A DNA stretch of 64,000 nt from the human T2T-CHM13v2.0 reference genome, Homo sapiens, in the NCBI RefSeq assembly GCF_009914755.1, contig NC_060930.1; one strand, written 5' to 3'. Shown here in pieces: positions 12,501 to 25,580 of this stretch. The first letter of the stretch is position 1. Each line of letters opens with the position of its first letter. The notes under the pieces were generated by a model. It worked only from the letters and a program-made list of their open reading frames with translations, was not told the origin of the DNA and made no database searches. A program made the translations under genes and the position numbers.

Positions 12501-14410
12501 TGGGGTGACAGTGATGTTGGGGTGATGATGATGATGGGGTGACAGTGATGTTGGGGTGATGATGATGATGGGGTGACAGTGATGTTGGGGTGATGATGAT
12601 GATCGGGTGATGATGATGATGGGGTGACAGTGATGTTGGGGTGATGATGGTGATGGGGTGACAGTGATGTTGGGGTGATGATGATGATGGGGTGACAGTG
12701 ATGTTGGGGTGATGATGATGATGGGGTGACAGTGATGTTGGTGTGATGATGATGATGGGGTGACAGTGATGTTGGTGTGATGATGATGATGGGGTGACAG
12801 TGATGTTGGTGTGATGATGATGATGGGGTGACAGTGATGTTGGTGTGATGATGATGATGGGGTGACAGTGATGTTGGTGTGATGATGATGATGGGGTGAC
12901 AGTGATGTTGGGGTGATGATGATGATGGAGGTGACAGTGATGTTGGGGTGATGATGATGATGGAGGTGACAGTGATGTTGGGGTGATGATGATGATGGGG
13001 TGACAGTGATGTTGGGGTGATGATGATGATCGGGTGACGATGATGATGGGGTGACAGTGATGTTGGGGTGACGATGATGATGGAGGTGACGGTGATGTTG
13101 GGGTGACGATGATGATGGGGTGACGGTGATGTTGGGGTGACGATGATGATGGGGTGACGGTGATGTTGGGGTGACGATGATGTTGGGGTGACGGTGATGA
13201 TGGGGTGACAGTGATGTTGGGGTGACGGTGATGATGGGGTGACAGTGATGTTGGGGTGACGGTGATGATGGGGTGACAGTGATGTTGGGGTGACGGTGAT
13301 GATGGGGTGACAGTGATGTTGGGGTGATGATGATGATGGGGTGACAGTGATGTTGGGGTGATGATGATCGGGCGATGATGATGATGGGGTGACTGATGTT
13401 GGGGTGATGATGAGGGTGACAGTGATGTTGGGGTGATGATGATGATGGGGTGACAGTGATGTTGGGGTGATGATGATGATGGGGTGACAGTGATGTTGGT
13501 GTGATGATGATGGGGTGACAGTGATGTTGGGGTGATGATGATGATGGGGTGACAGTGATGTTGGGGTGATGATGATGATGGGGTGACAGTGATGTTGGGG
13601 TGATGATGATGATGGGGTGACAGTGATGTTGGTGTGATGATGATGATGGGGTGACAGTGATGTTGGGGTGATGATGATGATCGGGTGATGATGATGATGG
13701 GGTGACTGATGTTGGGGTGATGATGGGGTGACAGTGATGTTGGGGTGATGATGATGGGGAGACAGTGATATTAGGGTGATGATGGGGGCAACAGTGATGT
13801 TGGGGGTGATGACGATGATGGGGCAATGATGGAGGTGATGAAGATGGGGGTGACAGTGATATTGGGGTGATGATGGGGTGACAGTGATGTTGGGGTGATG
13901 ATGATGATGGGGTGACAGTGATGTTGGGGTGATGATGATGATGGAGGTGACAGTGATGTTGGGGTGATGATGATGATCGGGTGATGATGATGATGGGGTG
14001 ACTGATGTTGGGGTGATGATGGGGTGACAGTGATGTTGGGGTGATGATGATGGGGAGACAGTGATATTAGGGTGATGATGGGGGCAACAGTGATGTTGGG
14101 GGTGATGACGATGATGGGGCAATGATGGAGGTGATGAAGATGGGGGTGACAGTGATATTGGGGTGATGATGGGGTGACAGTGATGTTGGGGTGATGATGA
14201 TGATGGGGTGACAGTGATGTTGGGGTGATGATGGGGAGACAGTGATGTTGGGGTGATGATGATGATGTGACAGTGATGATGTGGGCAATGATGATGGGGG
14301 TGATGATGATGGGGGTGACAGTGATGAAGGCGATGGTGGGTGATGATGGGGAATGGTGGTAATAATGGGAGTGATGATGATAATGGCAGTAATGATGGGG
14401 GTGATGGGGA
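9590..14410. repeat. 4.8-kb G/T-rich VNTR, 34-bp unit GGGGTGACAGTGATGTTGGGGTGATGATGATGAT, with higher-order structure
   Basis: Near-perfect units with 17/31/35-bp variants, degenerate at the 3' end; explains ORFs 9506-14587 and 9531-13826. Confidence 0.98.
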
Positions 14411-14930
14411 GTTGAGGGTGTAGGGCCTCCCACCAACAGGGGAAGGAACATCTGGTCTGAGGTTCACATATTGCAGGGGCTGTATTAAGTGTTGCTTCAA
14501 CACAATGAGGTAAACGCCCAGGTCCCAAGGCACCAAGACCGGGTCCTCTGGGCCTTCCCCAGTCGCCCTGAGGCCACTTGCTGCCATCCATCCAAACAGT
14601 AGGCCTGGCTTGCCTGCTTCCCAGGGTTCCTCATCTCCCAGGCAAGAGGGGTGGCACGGATTCTATAAATAAATAAATAGCGTAAAATTCAACCCAGTAG
14701 GAGGCCTGCAAAGCCCTCAGGGTGTGGCCCTTGCTGCCCATCCCCTTCTACAGCTACACTGGCCTTTTCTTCGGCCGGGACACCACAAACGCACTCCCAC
14801 CCCAGGGCCTTTGTGCCGCTGCCCCATTGCAATGCTTGGCCACAGAGGTCCCCGCAGCCAGCTCCGTGCAGGACCCGTAGTTCCCAGCTCTGGGGCCACT
14901 TTGTTAGGGGCCTTACTTCATCCACTTAAG

Positions 14931-15079
14931 GCATTGTAGAAACACAGACTAGAAGGTTTTAGTCACATACATATCCTGGCTCGATAAGCATTTTATATAG
15001 AAGCCCTGGGTGGACATGTTCCAAAACAAGGGCATGGTTTTACTCAGCACCTTTGAATCTTTGATGACTCCAGGCTCTG
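14931..15079 (+). pseudogene. Exon relic (AL*KHRLEGFSHIHILAR*AFYIEALGGHVPKQGHGFTQHL*IFDDSRL)
   Basis: Acceptor cttacttcatccacttaag| and donor CTG|GTAGGA; all three stops are one C>T from sense codons; resembles HVDEH*KLYQALGGSIHITHEGKCYMQRF in the 32365 exon. Reading frame is ambiguous. Confidence 0.45.
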
Positions 15080-15189
15080 GTAGGAGCCAGGAGGAGATGT
15101 CAGGTCTGAAGCTGAACCCGTGTGGTCGTGGCAGCTCTCCCCACATGGGTTTCCCAAGGCGCTCAGGCTCTGAGTTGTTCTTCCAGTCT

Positions 15190-15610
15190 GTAATGTGGTA
15201 CAAAGGTAGGAGGCATCTCAAAGGATGAACAGAAGTAATGTAATAAGCCCTTAGCCTGAGGCCCGGCACGTAGCGGGCAAGCTGTGAACTCCGACTGCGC
15301 CACCGTATTCCGGACATGCTGTGATCGTCGGGTGGGGGCGGATGTTGAAGCATCAGTGGCCTCTGTCTGGTTAGCGACGCTGCACCTCCTGACCCCTTTC
15401 TACTCCCTCAGGCTTGGTCCTTCCCTGGGCCCCGTTAGCTTCACTGTGAGTGCCTCCCATTCATCCAGGCATCCGTGTCCCACGCAGAGGTCCCCATGAC
15501 AGTGAGGACTTACGTCTTTTAAACTGCAGTTCCCGTAGTCCCTGGAGCGGTGCCTGGCATGTCGTGGGCTCAATAAATAATCATTGAATAGATGAATAAT
15601 TGAATCAATG
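15190..15610 (+). mobile_element. Old MIR and L2 3'-end fragments
   Basis: CCCTTAGCCTGAGGCCCGGCACGTAG (MIR tail); GTGCCTGGCATGTCGTGGGCTCAATAAATAATCATTGAATAGATGAAT (L2 tail). Confidence 0.6.
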
Positions 15611-15834
15611 AAGAGAGAAAATGGCCTAAGCTGAAGCCACATCAGTGTGGCCATGGAGTGAGGGGCAGGGGGAGGTTCTGCCAGCCCTGAACCCTTCTCT
15701 TTGCGGGGCAGCCTTCGTACACCACATCTCTTTTGAGTCTGTTTTCCTGGGGGGGTTGATAATTCCTTCAGAACATTACTGGGGGGCACTGTGGAGTGTT
15801 AACTTGTGAATGGAAGTGTTTCTTGAGTGGAGCA

Positions 15835-16316
15835 GCTGGAGGAATTCTGAGATGGCCCATGACTGCCGCCCTGGTGTGCACACACTTCCTCCCAGCTGTT
15901 CACCAGGATTCCAGGGCGGCTGGGAGGGCTTGTTATGGGGTTAAGATCCCAAAGCAGTTGACCTTACGGTAGGGAGATAATTGGGGGACCCGGCCTAATC
16001 ACACGGACCCTCTAAAAACGATTTTCTCCACCTGCAGGCAGGCGGCCTCCAGGAGCTAAGAGTAGGAAGGAGCATAGAGACCTCTGTCCTGCAACTTCCA
16101 GAAGAAAATTCCCCCAGCAATTGGGAGCTGAAAAGTGGCCCTCAGCCCATAGAAGTCTCACAGCCCTGGCCGGTGCCATGAATTCAGCCTGCTAAGACCC
16201 GAAAGTGAAGTTGCAACATGCCCAGGCCACTGACCTGTGGAAACTGAGCTGAGGGTTGGTGCTACTCTCAGCGCCTGTGCTCATGGAAATTTGTTATTCA
16301 GCAACAGGAAATTAGT
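15835..16316 (+). mobile_element. MLT1E-like MaLR LTR
   Basis: GAATTCTGAGATGGCCC start, GTTGACCTTACGGTAGGGAGATAA, CCTAATCACA and 3' end AATTTGTTATTCAGCAACAGGAAATTA. Confidence 0.75.
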
Positions 16317-16441
16317 GGAAATAGAAAAGGCTGCCTCAAACATGGTCATGGACACTGCCATGTTCCAGCCCCAGGAATAAGACACAAATGGTTCTCGTGA
16401 GCGCTCGGCCGTCCATCAAAGCAAGCCTTGATTCCACACAG

Positions 16442-16492
16442 GAGAGAAATCTGATGACTCAGGCCCTGGGGCCTTTTGGGTTCAGGATAATC
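16442..16492 (+). pseudogene. 51-bp exon relic (phase 1-1: EKSDDSGPGAFWVQDN)
   Basis: ttgattccacacag| acceptor and C|GTGAGT donor; phase joins the 17302 exon. Confidence 0.45.
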
Positions 16493-16989
16493 GTGAGTTT
16501 GTTATACTGAATTTCTTAACAGGAATTTAATGAACAAGTTCCCTGTTTTGAATTCCAGTTCCATTTATTAGTCAGGGTGAAGGGAGGCTGCTGTAACAAG
16601 GAGCCCCACTACACCGTTGCTTAAAATACAGGCCTGCGCCCACCTCCTCCTGCAGGGGCACCAGGCAGGCGGCCCTCCCCGTCCCCCGTGGCAACTGTCT
16701 CCAGGCCGCGCTTGGCAATAGCGGGAAATAAAATGACGAAGGTTACTCCTCCTCCTCCTCAGTGCACCTCTTCCTGGGGATTAAAACAAGGACCTCAGAT
16801 GTCTACACTACAGACGGTGGGGTTGCCTTGGGCCCTACTCCAATTAGGTCTAGAATGCACTGCATGGTCAGAGTGGGCTGGAGCTGCAGGAGGGGCAGGG
16901 CCAGCACCAGCATGCAATTGGTGAGGGGAGGGCTTCAGTGCTGGGCGGGCAGCCTCCTCTGGGACCTGGCTATAGTGGGCCAGCCTGGT

Positions 16990-17175
16990 GGTGAGTTTGT
17001 GTCTGACGTGGGCTCTGCCACCTGCCAAGTGTCTGATCTGAGGACAAGTGGTGCTTTCTGGGCCTCAGTGTCTTCATCTGCAAAACGGGACCGTGAGACC
17101 ACACCTGACTGCCAGGGTTGTTAGTGGACAGGCCTCAAAAGGTTGCCTGGCACATGCCGGGCGTGCCCTAAACCA
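16990..17175 (+). mobile_element. MIR
   Basis: GGCTCTGCCACCTGCC...CTGGGCCTCAGTGTCTTCATCTGCAAAACGGG...AGGGTTGTT core. Confidence 0.75.
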
Positions 17176-17301
17176 GCATCCAGGGCAGTGCCGCTCACCA
17201 GAAGCCGCAGGACCTGTGTATGGAGCTAGTTCAGTCGGTGACCTGCTGAAGGAGTGTGGGGCACGGGGGCCACGGATTCTGAACACACCTCATCCTTACA
17301 G

Positions 17302-17492
17302 TGATGACGGCAGAGTGCCTGCTTATTAGCAGCTTTAGCCAATTTGCAGTTTATCTTGGTGCTCACCCAAACAGGCTGCAAACCGAGACAAACACACTTT
17401 GAGGTCATCACCCCATGACTCAGAACATTTTCCTGATGGTTTCCGTGCTGAGGAAAGAAAAAGAAGGCCTTGAAATATTGCCAGTGGAAAAG
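17302..17492 (+). pseudogene. Exon relic (MTAECLLISSFSQFAVYLGAHPNRLQTETNTL*GHHPMTQNIFLMVSVLRKEKEGLEILPVEK), phase 1-0
   Basis: cacctcatccttacag| acceptor and AAG|GTTTGT donor; 63 codons with one TGA at 17400. Confidence 0.6.
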
Positions 17493-17557
17493 GTTTGTGT
17501 GTGCAGCTGATGGCAGATGGTGGGTTCTGGCAGCCTGGCTGGTAAGCCCCTGGCATC

Positions 17558-17800
17558 GGGTCTGTGCTGGTCACTCATGTGCCCGGGAAGCCCAGGATGT
17601 GGGGGTCTGTGCTGGTCACTCAGCTTCCTGGGAACCCAGGGTGTGAGTGTCTGCGCTGGTCACTCATGTTCCCGGGAAGCCCAGGATGTGAGGGTCTGTG
17701 CTGGTCACTCAGTTGCCCTGGAAACCCGGGGTGTGGGGTCTGCGCTGGTCACTCAGCTGCCCGGGAAGCCCACGGCATGGGGGTCTGTGCTGGTCACTCT
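17558..17800. repeat. 44/45-bp minisatellite, about 5.5 copies
   Basis: GCTGGTCACTC at 17566, 17611, 17655, 17700, 17744 and 17789. Confidence 0.93.
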
Positions 17801-17868
17801 GTTGAAGCTCTTCTTCTTTTCAATTTGGGGGATGTGAGGCTCTGTCCCACCTCCTGGCCTTGTTCTAG

Positions 17869-17926
17869 TTGTTGACAGAATGGTTAGCTTTGAAAATCAG
17901 GCAGAGTACTTTAGGCAACTTCCATG
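17869..17926 (+). pseudogene. Exon relic (LLTEWLALKIRQSTLGNFH), phase 0-1
   Basis: ctcctggccttgttctag| acceptor and G|GTAAAA donor; open frame; phases match both neighbours. Confidence 0.55.
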
Positions 17927-18191
17927 GTAAAAGAGGTTCATTTTCTCCCACACCCCATGGGGCCAATTCCTTTGAAATCTAAAGAGCAGAAGGAGAGAAG
18001 GGAAGGGAGCCGTGCTCTGATGCTGCTTGCCGCTGTTTCTCTCATGGGGGATACACTTTTTTCCTTGCTCCAAGACTCACTTTTCATCCCCATTCAGGTT
18101 CCGGGAGCTCTCCTAGGTGTTGGAAAAGCCATGGTGAGCACACACTGCTCGCGCCATCCTGGAGAGGAACCTCCAGCCAGAGAAGCCAACA

Positions 18192-18443
18192 TGCGCACGA
18201 CGCACACACCACAGAGAAGGCACAGATGAGCGCACACAATGCACACACCACACCACGGTGGAGCTGACGGTGGCAGGGAAGGCACAGATGGGCGCACACA
18301 ATGCACACACCACACCACGGTGGAGCTGACGGTGGCAGGGAAGGCACAGATGGGCGCACACGACGCACACACCACACCACAGTGGAGCTGACGGTGGCAG
18401 GGAAGGCACAGATGGGTGCACACAATGCACACACCACACCACG
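18192..18443. repeat. 62-bp minisatellite, about 4 copies
   Basis: GGCACAGATG at 18219, 18281, 18343 and 18405. Confidence 0.93.
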
Positions 18444-19044
18444 GTTTTGCCCCCTGCACCTTCTATCCTGAGGATGTTGTCAACAGGGCTAACAGACTCT
18501 GACTTCCGCACCAATGACTCCTAGTCCCTCAGTGATGAATTTGAATGCTCTGCAGCGGCTCTGTCCAGCTGATTGACCTGGGGTCAGGAAGAAGACAGGC
18601 AAGGGCCAGGCTGTGGCCTCGGTGTTGGCAGATGTGTTTCTGGGTGGAAAAGCTGCACAGCAGACACCCCAAGCCGGGAGTCAGGAGTTATTAGGAAGAA
18701 GTCCTCTGGGACAGCATGTGGGGGCCTGGCCCGCTGCATTCCCCACCCTCCACAGAGAGGCTTTGGTGTTGTTTCCAAGCCCTGCTCCAAGGTGGCTCTA
18801 GAGCCTGCACCTTCAAATGCACCCTGGGCAGACCATACCATCTCTGCGGGTGAGCTGGGCTGTCCCCTCCACTGGGTCAGAGACGCTGTCCTCCCGCAGA
18901 GGATGTGCAGGGAAGGAAAGGCTTTGGGAAGGTCCCCCGGTCTGGGCTCAAGCCAGGCCAACCATCCTACAGAGACAGGAAACCTGGAGCTTCCCACAGC
19001 AGCCCAAAGTTCCAGGGGAGGGGAGGCAGGGAAGACGTCCAGCC

Positions 19045-19365
19045 CACATAGCACGCACTTGCACACGCACACACCTGCACACCCACACACACATCCATGT
19101 GCACATGTGCACACACTTGCATACCTGTGTACACATGCACATACGCCTGCACAAACACACCCCTGTACACACAGGCACATGCACACACCTGCACACATGA
19201 GCACACACCTGCGTACCTGCACACACACACCTGCACACACATGCACACGTGCACACACCTGCACCACACATGCATACACACAGGCACACACATCTACACA
19301 CACACCTGCACATGCACACACGCACATCTGCCTAAACATGTCCATGCACACGTGTGCACACACAC
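19045..19365. repeat. Degenerate (CA)n/TGCACA tract
   Basis: Alternating purine-pyrimidine low complexity. Confidence 0.9.
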
Positions 19366-20205
19366 AAACTAAAGGAAACACTGTTCTCTGGCTTCATCTT
19401 AGTGGTCTCTGTGTGGCACAGACATGCTTGCACGTGGAGGCTTTGCTGCACAAAGGTGAGAAGGAGACATCTGCCCATGGGGAGACATGAGCTCAGCTGC
19501 AGGCCAGGGGCACAGGGCTCAGGGGGATGTGTGCCAGGAAGGATGGCCCGGTCTGGCCTGGGGCTCTTGGAGGTTGAGGGATGTGGACTTTCTTTCAAGG
19601 GTAGAGGGGAGGGCCTCTGGGGGCCATGGATCTGGCATGGGGTGATGGGCTCGGACATTTAGATGTGAGTCAGGAGCATCTGCTGTGCAAGATCCCAGCT
19701 GAACCCAGGCTGGGCCAGGGCAGCAGGAAGCAGTGGAGGAAGGGGCATGACAGGCTCTCAGAGGGTATTGGCGGGCTTTTCCTTCTCGTGTCTGCCTGAT
19801 GAAAGACAACGCCATCCTCAGGGGCCTCCTTGACTGAGAGTGGAGGGTGTCTGGCCACCTGGGGGCAAGTGTTCTGGGGTGCAGTGTGTTTGGATGTGAA
19901 CCTGCTTCCCGACTGGAAGGGGTCAGGGAGTGAGGCTGGGGAGACGGGAGCAGGGGATGGGAACTGGACCTTGTGCAGGACATTAGGAGAAACAGGGGGC
20001 AGTGTCTTGGGAGACCCCACCTGGTGCTCAGGGAACACAGTGCAGGGTGCCCCAGGTGCCTTGGGAGATGGAGGACAGAGGATAAGCCGTGGTGGCCACT
20101 CTTGAGCCAAGCAGCAAGGGGTGGGGCAGGGCTGGCCATCGCCAGGGGCCCTGGGGACCGGGGCACATTGGACATCTTCTCTGGCCCTGAGTCTGTGCTG
20201 AGCAG

Positions 20206-20708
20206 GGATCTGTAGAGATTGGTTGACTATTGCGCTAAAACTCAGTTTTATGCTCCGAACACTTGGTCAGTTAAACTTCACAATTGCTGTCATTTTTGTA
20301 AGCATCGCCTGACTGCAGGAATGCAGCAATCCCACACATGACATGTCCTTCCCAGTCCACCGCAGCTTTCTCGCCGGGAGGGCCATTGCAGATGTGGACA
20401 CACAGCAAACAGGTCTGAACGCAAGCAATGGAGATGGGACCAAGTCATCTTCTGAGAGGGGAACCTTCCAGAAAGTTGAGGGATCTTCTGAGTTGAAGTC
20501 CCCAGGGACTGTGACAGCCCAGAGCAGGTTGCACCCTGGAGGCAACAAGGACTGTGGTCTCAGCCATTGCCAGGTTGCTGACTTGAAAAATGAAGACACT
20601 TAGCACATGGTTCTAGTTTCACGCGTATATCTTGATGTGCTTCCACAGGAACAGTCATTTAGGAAATTTTATACTCTAACATTTCACAAACACTGGAACT
20701 CCACCCTG
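20206..20708 (+). pseudogene. Large exon relic (ICRDWLTIALKLSFMLRTLGQLNFTIAVIFVSIA*LQEC...NEDT*HMVLVSRVYLDVLPQEQSFRKFYTLTFHKHWNSTL)
   Basis: 167 codons in one frame with only TGA (20310) and TAG (20601); track ORFs 20343 and 20607 share this frame; ends CTG|GCAAGG (GC donor or decayed GT); three NxS/T sequons. Confidence 0.55.
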
Positions 20709-20827
20709 GCAAGGGGCCGTGCTCTGCAGGCTGGCAGAGCATGTGTCTGCGCGTCTGTCCAGCCACCCCGTGACCCCACATGGGCTGTGCTCACACTTTC
20801 TCTCAAGCGACAATGACCCATTTGTAG

Positions 20828-21000
20828 AATGATTATCTTTTCCTAAGACTAAAATGTCCCATTTATAAATATAATTGGTCTACTTTTAAGAAAATTTTAC
20901 CTGGTTTTACTTTAAGAAAGACTCTGGGATTCTGTGTGTCATTACAATAATTGTCTTTATTTTATTTGCAAATATCATATTTGACGCAAAGGAATGCTGT
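20828..21000 (+). pseudogene. Candidate exon relic (NDYLFLRLKCPIYKYNWSTFKKILPGF..)
   Basis: catttgtag| phase-0 acceptor matching the previous exon; one TAA in an AT-rich frame; donor unclear. Confidence 0.3.
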
Positions 21001-21159
21001 AACACACATGTTTGCACATCGCGATGAAGGCCCCAGGAAACCCTCCCTCTGAGGATAGGACAGGACTGGCACCCCCATGCCTGCCTGCCTGCCTGAGCCC
21101 CGCTGGGTCCCACACCAGGGACCCACGCCTGGACTTGGTGCCATGATCTCATTGCTTTA

Positions 21160-23055
<1,896 letters not shown>

Positions 23056-23257
23056 AACACCGATTGACTTTGAGATCCATTCCTGTGTTCAGACGCTTGA
23101 AGGATGTCTAGGATCTCCTAAATGCTGGGGAAGGGCAGAGGGGAGACGGAATTAAGGGGAGGTCACTCAGGTTGGTTCGTTCCGGGCCTGCCTTTTGCTG
23201 GGCAGGGAGAAGGAGGTCCCATGCTCTCACTTGAGTTGGTTTCCTGATCAATTTCAG

Positions 23258-23378
23258 AAATTTCCTCCATTTTAGGGCAAAAGAAACAGAAGGGCGGGAG
23301 AAAATCGTAGGCACTGCTTCTCTGGAACATTCCGTAGTTGGTCACTTCCTTAGTTGATGCCGAGAAGTTTGTGGACAA
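23258..23378 (+). pseudogene. Candidate exon relic (NFLHFRAKETEGREKIVGTASLEHSVVGHFLS*CREVCGQ)
   Basis: tttcctgatcaatttcag| acceptor and CAA|GTGAGG donor; one TGA; an alternative frame is possible. Confidence 0.4.
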
Positions 23379-23842
23379 GTGAGGAGCTTGGAAAGGGCTC
23401 CCAAGAGGCCGGCAAGGCTGTGGAGAAGCAGGGTGGGACAAGAGGCTCTTGGCGGCAGGAAAGTTTCAGGCACAGCCCCCCTCAGCCTGGCCCCAGAGTC
23501 AGCTGGTCAGGCTCGCTAGGGGAGGGAGATCTCCACGCTCTTGTCCACCCAAACACTGGCCGCAGGGACACTGGCCTGGGGGTCCTAAGTTCCCGACGCT
23601 GCTGATGTGGGCAGCACACGGCTGCTGAGGTGCAGCACACGGCTGCTGAGGTGCAGCCCAGGCCAGGTGGCACGAGCAGGGTGCTGGCATCTGGAGATGG
23701 GCCGGTCTCAGCGGGGCTTGCTGTGGCCACAGTGCCGTCAGGTTTCTTCCCGTGAGAACTCACTGCAGACTCACAGATTTGAACACATTTGTAGGCCTGG
23801 GCGGGGGGCTCTGCAGGTTTGCTATTTCTGCAACCGTCTTGG

Positions 23843-24594
23843 TGATATGGGAGTGCTGGGCAGAGGAGGGAGTGGCCCCTGGCCACCCCCACGGACCTAG
23901 GTGAGGACAGGCATTCTGGCCTTCCTGCTCAAATGTTGCACTTTCCAAGACTACCCTGGCCCCCCTACACCCCCATCCTGAGCCTGTGAAAACCAAGACC
24001 CTAGTGGGCAGACACAGAGAAGCAGCTGGACGTTGTGAGGAACCCGTCGGTGGAAGAAGACACAAGCGGTGGGTCGTCGAGAGCACGCGGGCAGAAGAGC
24101 ACGCTGCCAGGCACCAGCAGGCCATCGACTGTGGAATGACGCGGAGTTCGGCCTGAGAGGTCGGAGGAGAGTCAGCGGCCGGACTCCAGGGAAAACCACC
24201 TCCCTTCTGGCTCCCCCATCTGCTGAGAGCTACGTCTACTCAATAAAACCCTACACTCATTCTCCAAGCCCACGTGTGATCCGATTCTTCTGGTACACCA
24301 GGGCAAGAAACTCCAGGATACGGAAAGCCCTCTGTCCTTGTGATAAGGCCAGGGTCTAATTGAGGTCGTTAACACAAGCCGCCCATAGACAGAAAGCTAA
24401 CAGAGCACCCTGGAACACACGCCCACTGGGGCTACCCCTGTGAACATTCCCCCCTGGACACTGCCGTGGAGTCGGAGCCCCAAGCCTGCCCATCTGTCTG
24501 CTCCCCTTGAGGTTTGCGCAGTGGGACACTGAAGAAGCGAGCCACTCCCCCATCGCACATCTGTGAAGGGGACGAGGGAACCTTTCCCGTTTCA
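23843..24594 (+). mobile_element. LTR1-family (ERV1) solo LTR
   Basis: TG...CA termini, perfect 4-bp TSD TTGG, AATAAA at 24242; GGACCTAGGTGAGGACAGGCA and CCCATCTGCTGAGAGCTAC match recalled LTR1. Confidence 0.9.
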
Positions 24595-24599
24595 TTGGG

Positions 24600-24980
24600 A
24601 ATCTTTGACCTGACAGGATGTTCCAGGCTCATGTGGAGCATTTTCTACCCTGGACCTGGAATTAGCCACTTTCTGGAGTCCTGGCTTCTTTTCGTGGAAA
24701 GGAAGTTTAGGTTCCAACGCAGGCTCTAGGAATGTGTGTTCTTAATAGGGTGGCCTTATTTCTAGCTTCTTTCAACAGATAGACCTGAGAAATGCATTTT
24801 CAAATTCAAGACTTAACATACTGTATCTTCTGTTTCTTCTTTCCGTGCCCAAAATGCTGCTTCCCCATGACGCAACATAATTACTCATGCTCTCTCTTCC
24901 CTTATGTGTGCAATCGTCCTAGAATAAAACACCAGAACCAATAATGTGATTCCCACAGCAGGTTAAGGGTTTTTCACCTC
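24600..24980 (-). mobile_element. Old L1MC-like 3' fragment
   Basis: GATGTTCCAGGCTCAT...CCCTGGACCTGGAATTAGCCACTTTCT motif. Confidence 0.55.
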
Positions 24981-25002
24981 TTCTTGATCTTATGCTATGC
25001 AT

Positions 25003-25190
25003 GTTCCACTGGGTAATTTCTATGTTCTGAAGTCACTTGAGTTTGTCGCTGTGTGGTTGTGTGAGTCGATGCAGGCTTTTGGGGAAGGAATCCGGTAGAA
25101 TCGACTGAAATTGAAAACACACTCGTCACTTCAGCAGCTTCTCTCCAGGAGTCTGCACTGCACTGCATTCTGCAGGGGAGAACATGGGTG
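25003..25190 (+). pseudogene. Exon relic (..FYVLKSLEF / VVV*VDAGFWGRNPVESTEIENTLVTSAASLQ)
   Basis: Resembles the SEA strand-helix region (F..GSVVVxxxxxF....V....I...L); needs one frameshift near 25050; splice sites degraded. Confidence 0.45.
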
Positions 25191-25580
25191 CATGAGGAAA
25201 GATGCACGTGGCCTGGCAGACAGATGGGTGTTTACCGCACTATCTGCCCTCCCCTCAGAGACTAAGCCAAGTGGTGGCTGACTGGTTGTGGCTCATCTGT
25301 GGATGGTTCTGTGGCTGTTTCAGACACCATGCATCTGTACCAGCTCCTTGGAACCATTTTCTTGAGTGAGGAAAGGAAAAGAGGCAGTAAAAATTATGTG
25401 GTGGTGAGATCCTGTATCTGAAACAGTGACATGATTGCCTCATGTATGAGCACAGATAATTGCACAGGATTCACTGGAGCGGGAGACGCTCGGAAGGACA
25501 CATGCCTTGTGGTTTATATCTGGGGTGGGGGAGAGGAGGGGAAGGGAGGGGCAGGAAGCAGCTGGCCAAAAAAGCCTTTT

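Noticed and set aside
9506-14587. 1693-aa and 1431-aa His/Pro/Ser/Ile-rich ORFs on -
   Set aside because: The C/A-rich strand of the VNTR almost cannot form stop codons; units of 17/31/34/35 bp cycle through frames, so several frames give the same peptide.
18098-18133. 36-bp AG/GT segment (VPGALLGVGKAM) as another + exon
   Set aside because: Good splice signals, but phase 0-0 does not fit between the phase-1 neighbours and it is too short to evaluate.
563-18443. CRISPR-like appearance of regularly spaced repeats
   Set aside because: Eukaryotic DNA; units are head-to-tail with no unique spacers and no cas genes.
20260-20285. Naming the + relic MUC16 from LNFTI/SVRING motifs
   Set aside because: Motif-level similarity only; it lacks MUC16's highly similar tandem SEA repeats, so no gene symbol is assigned.
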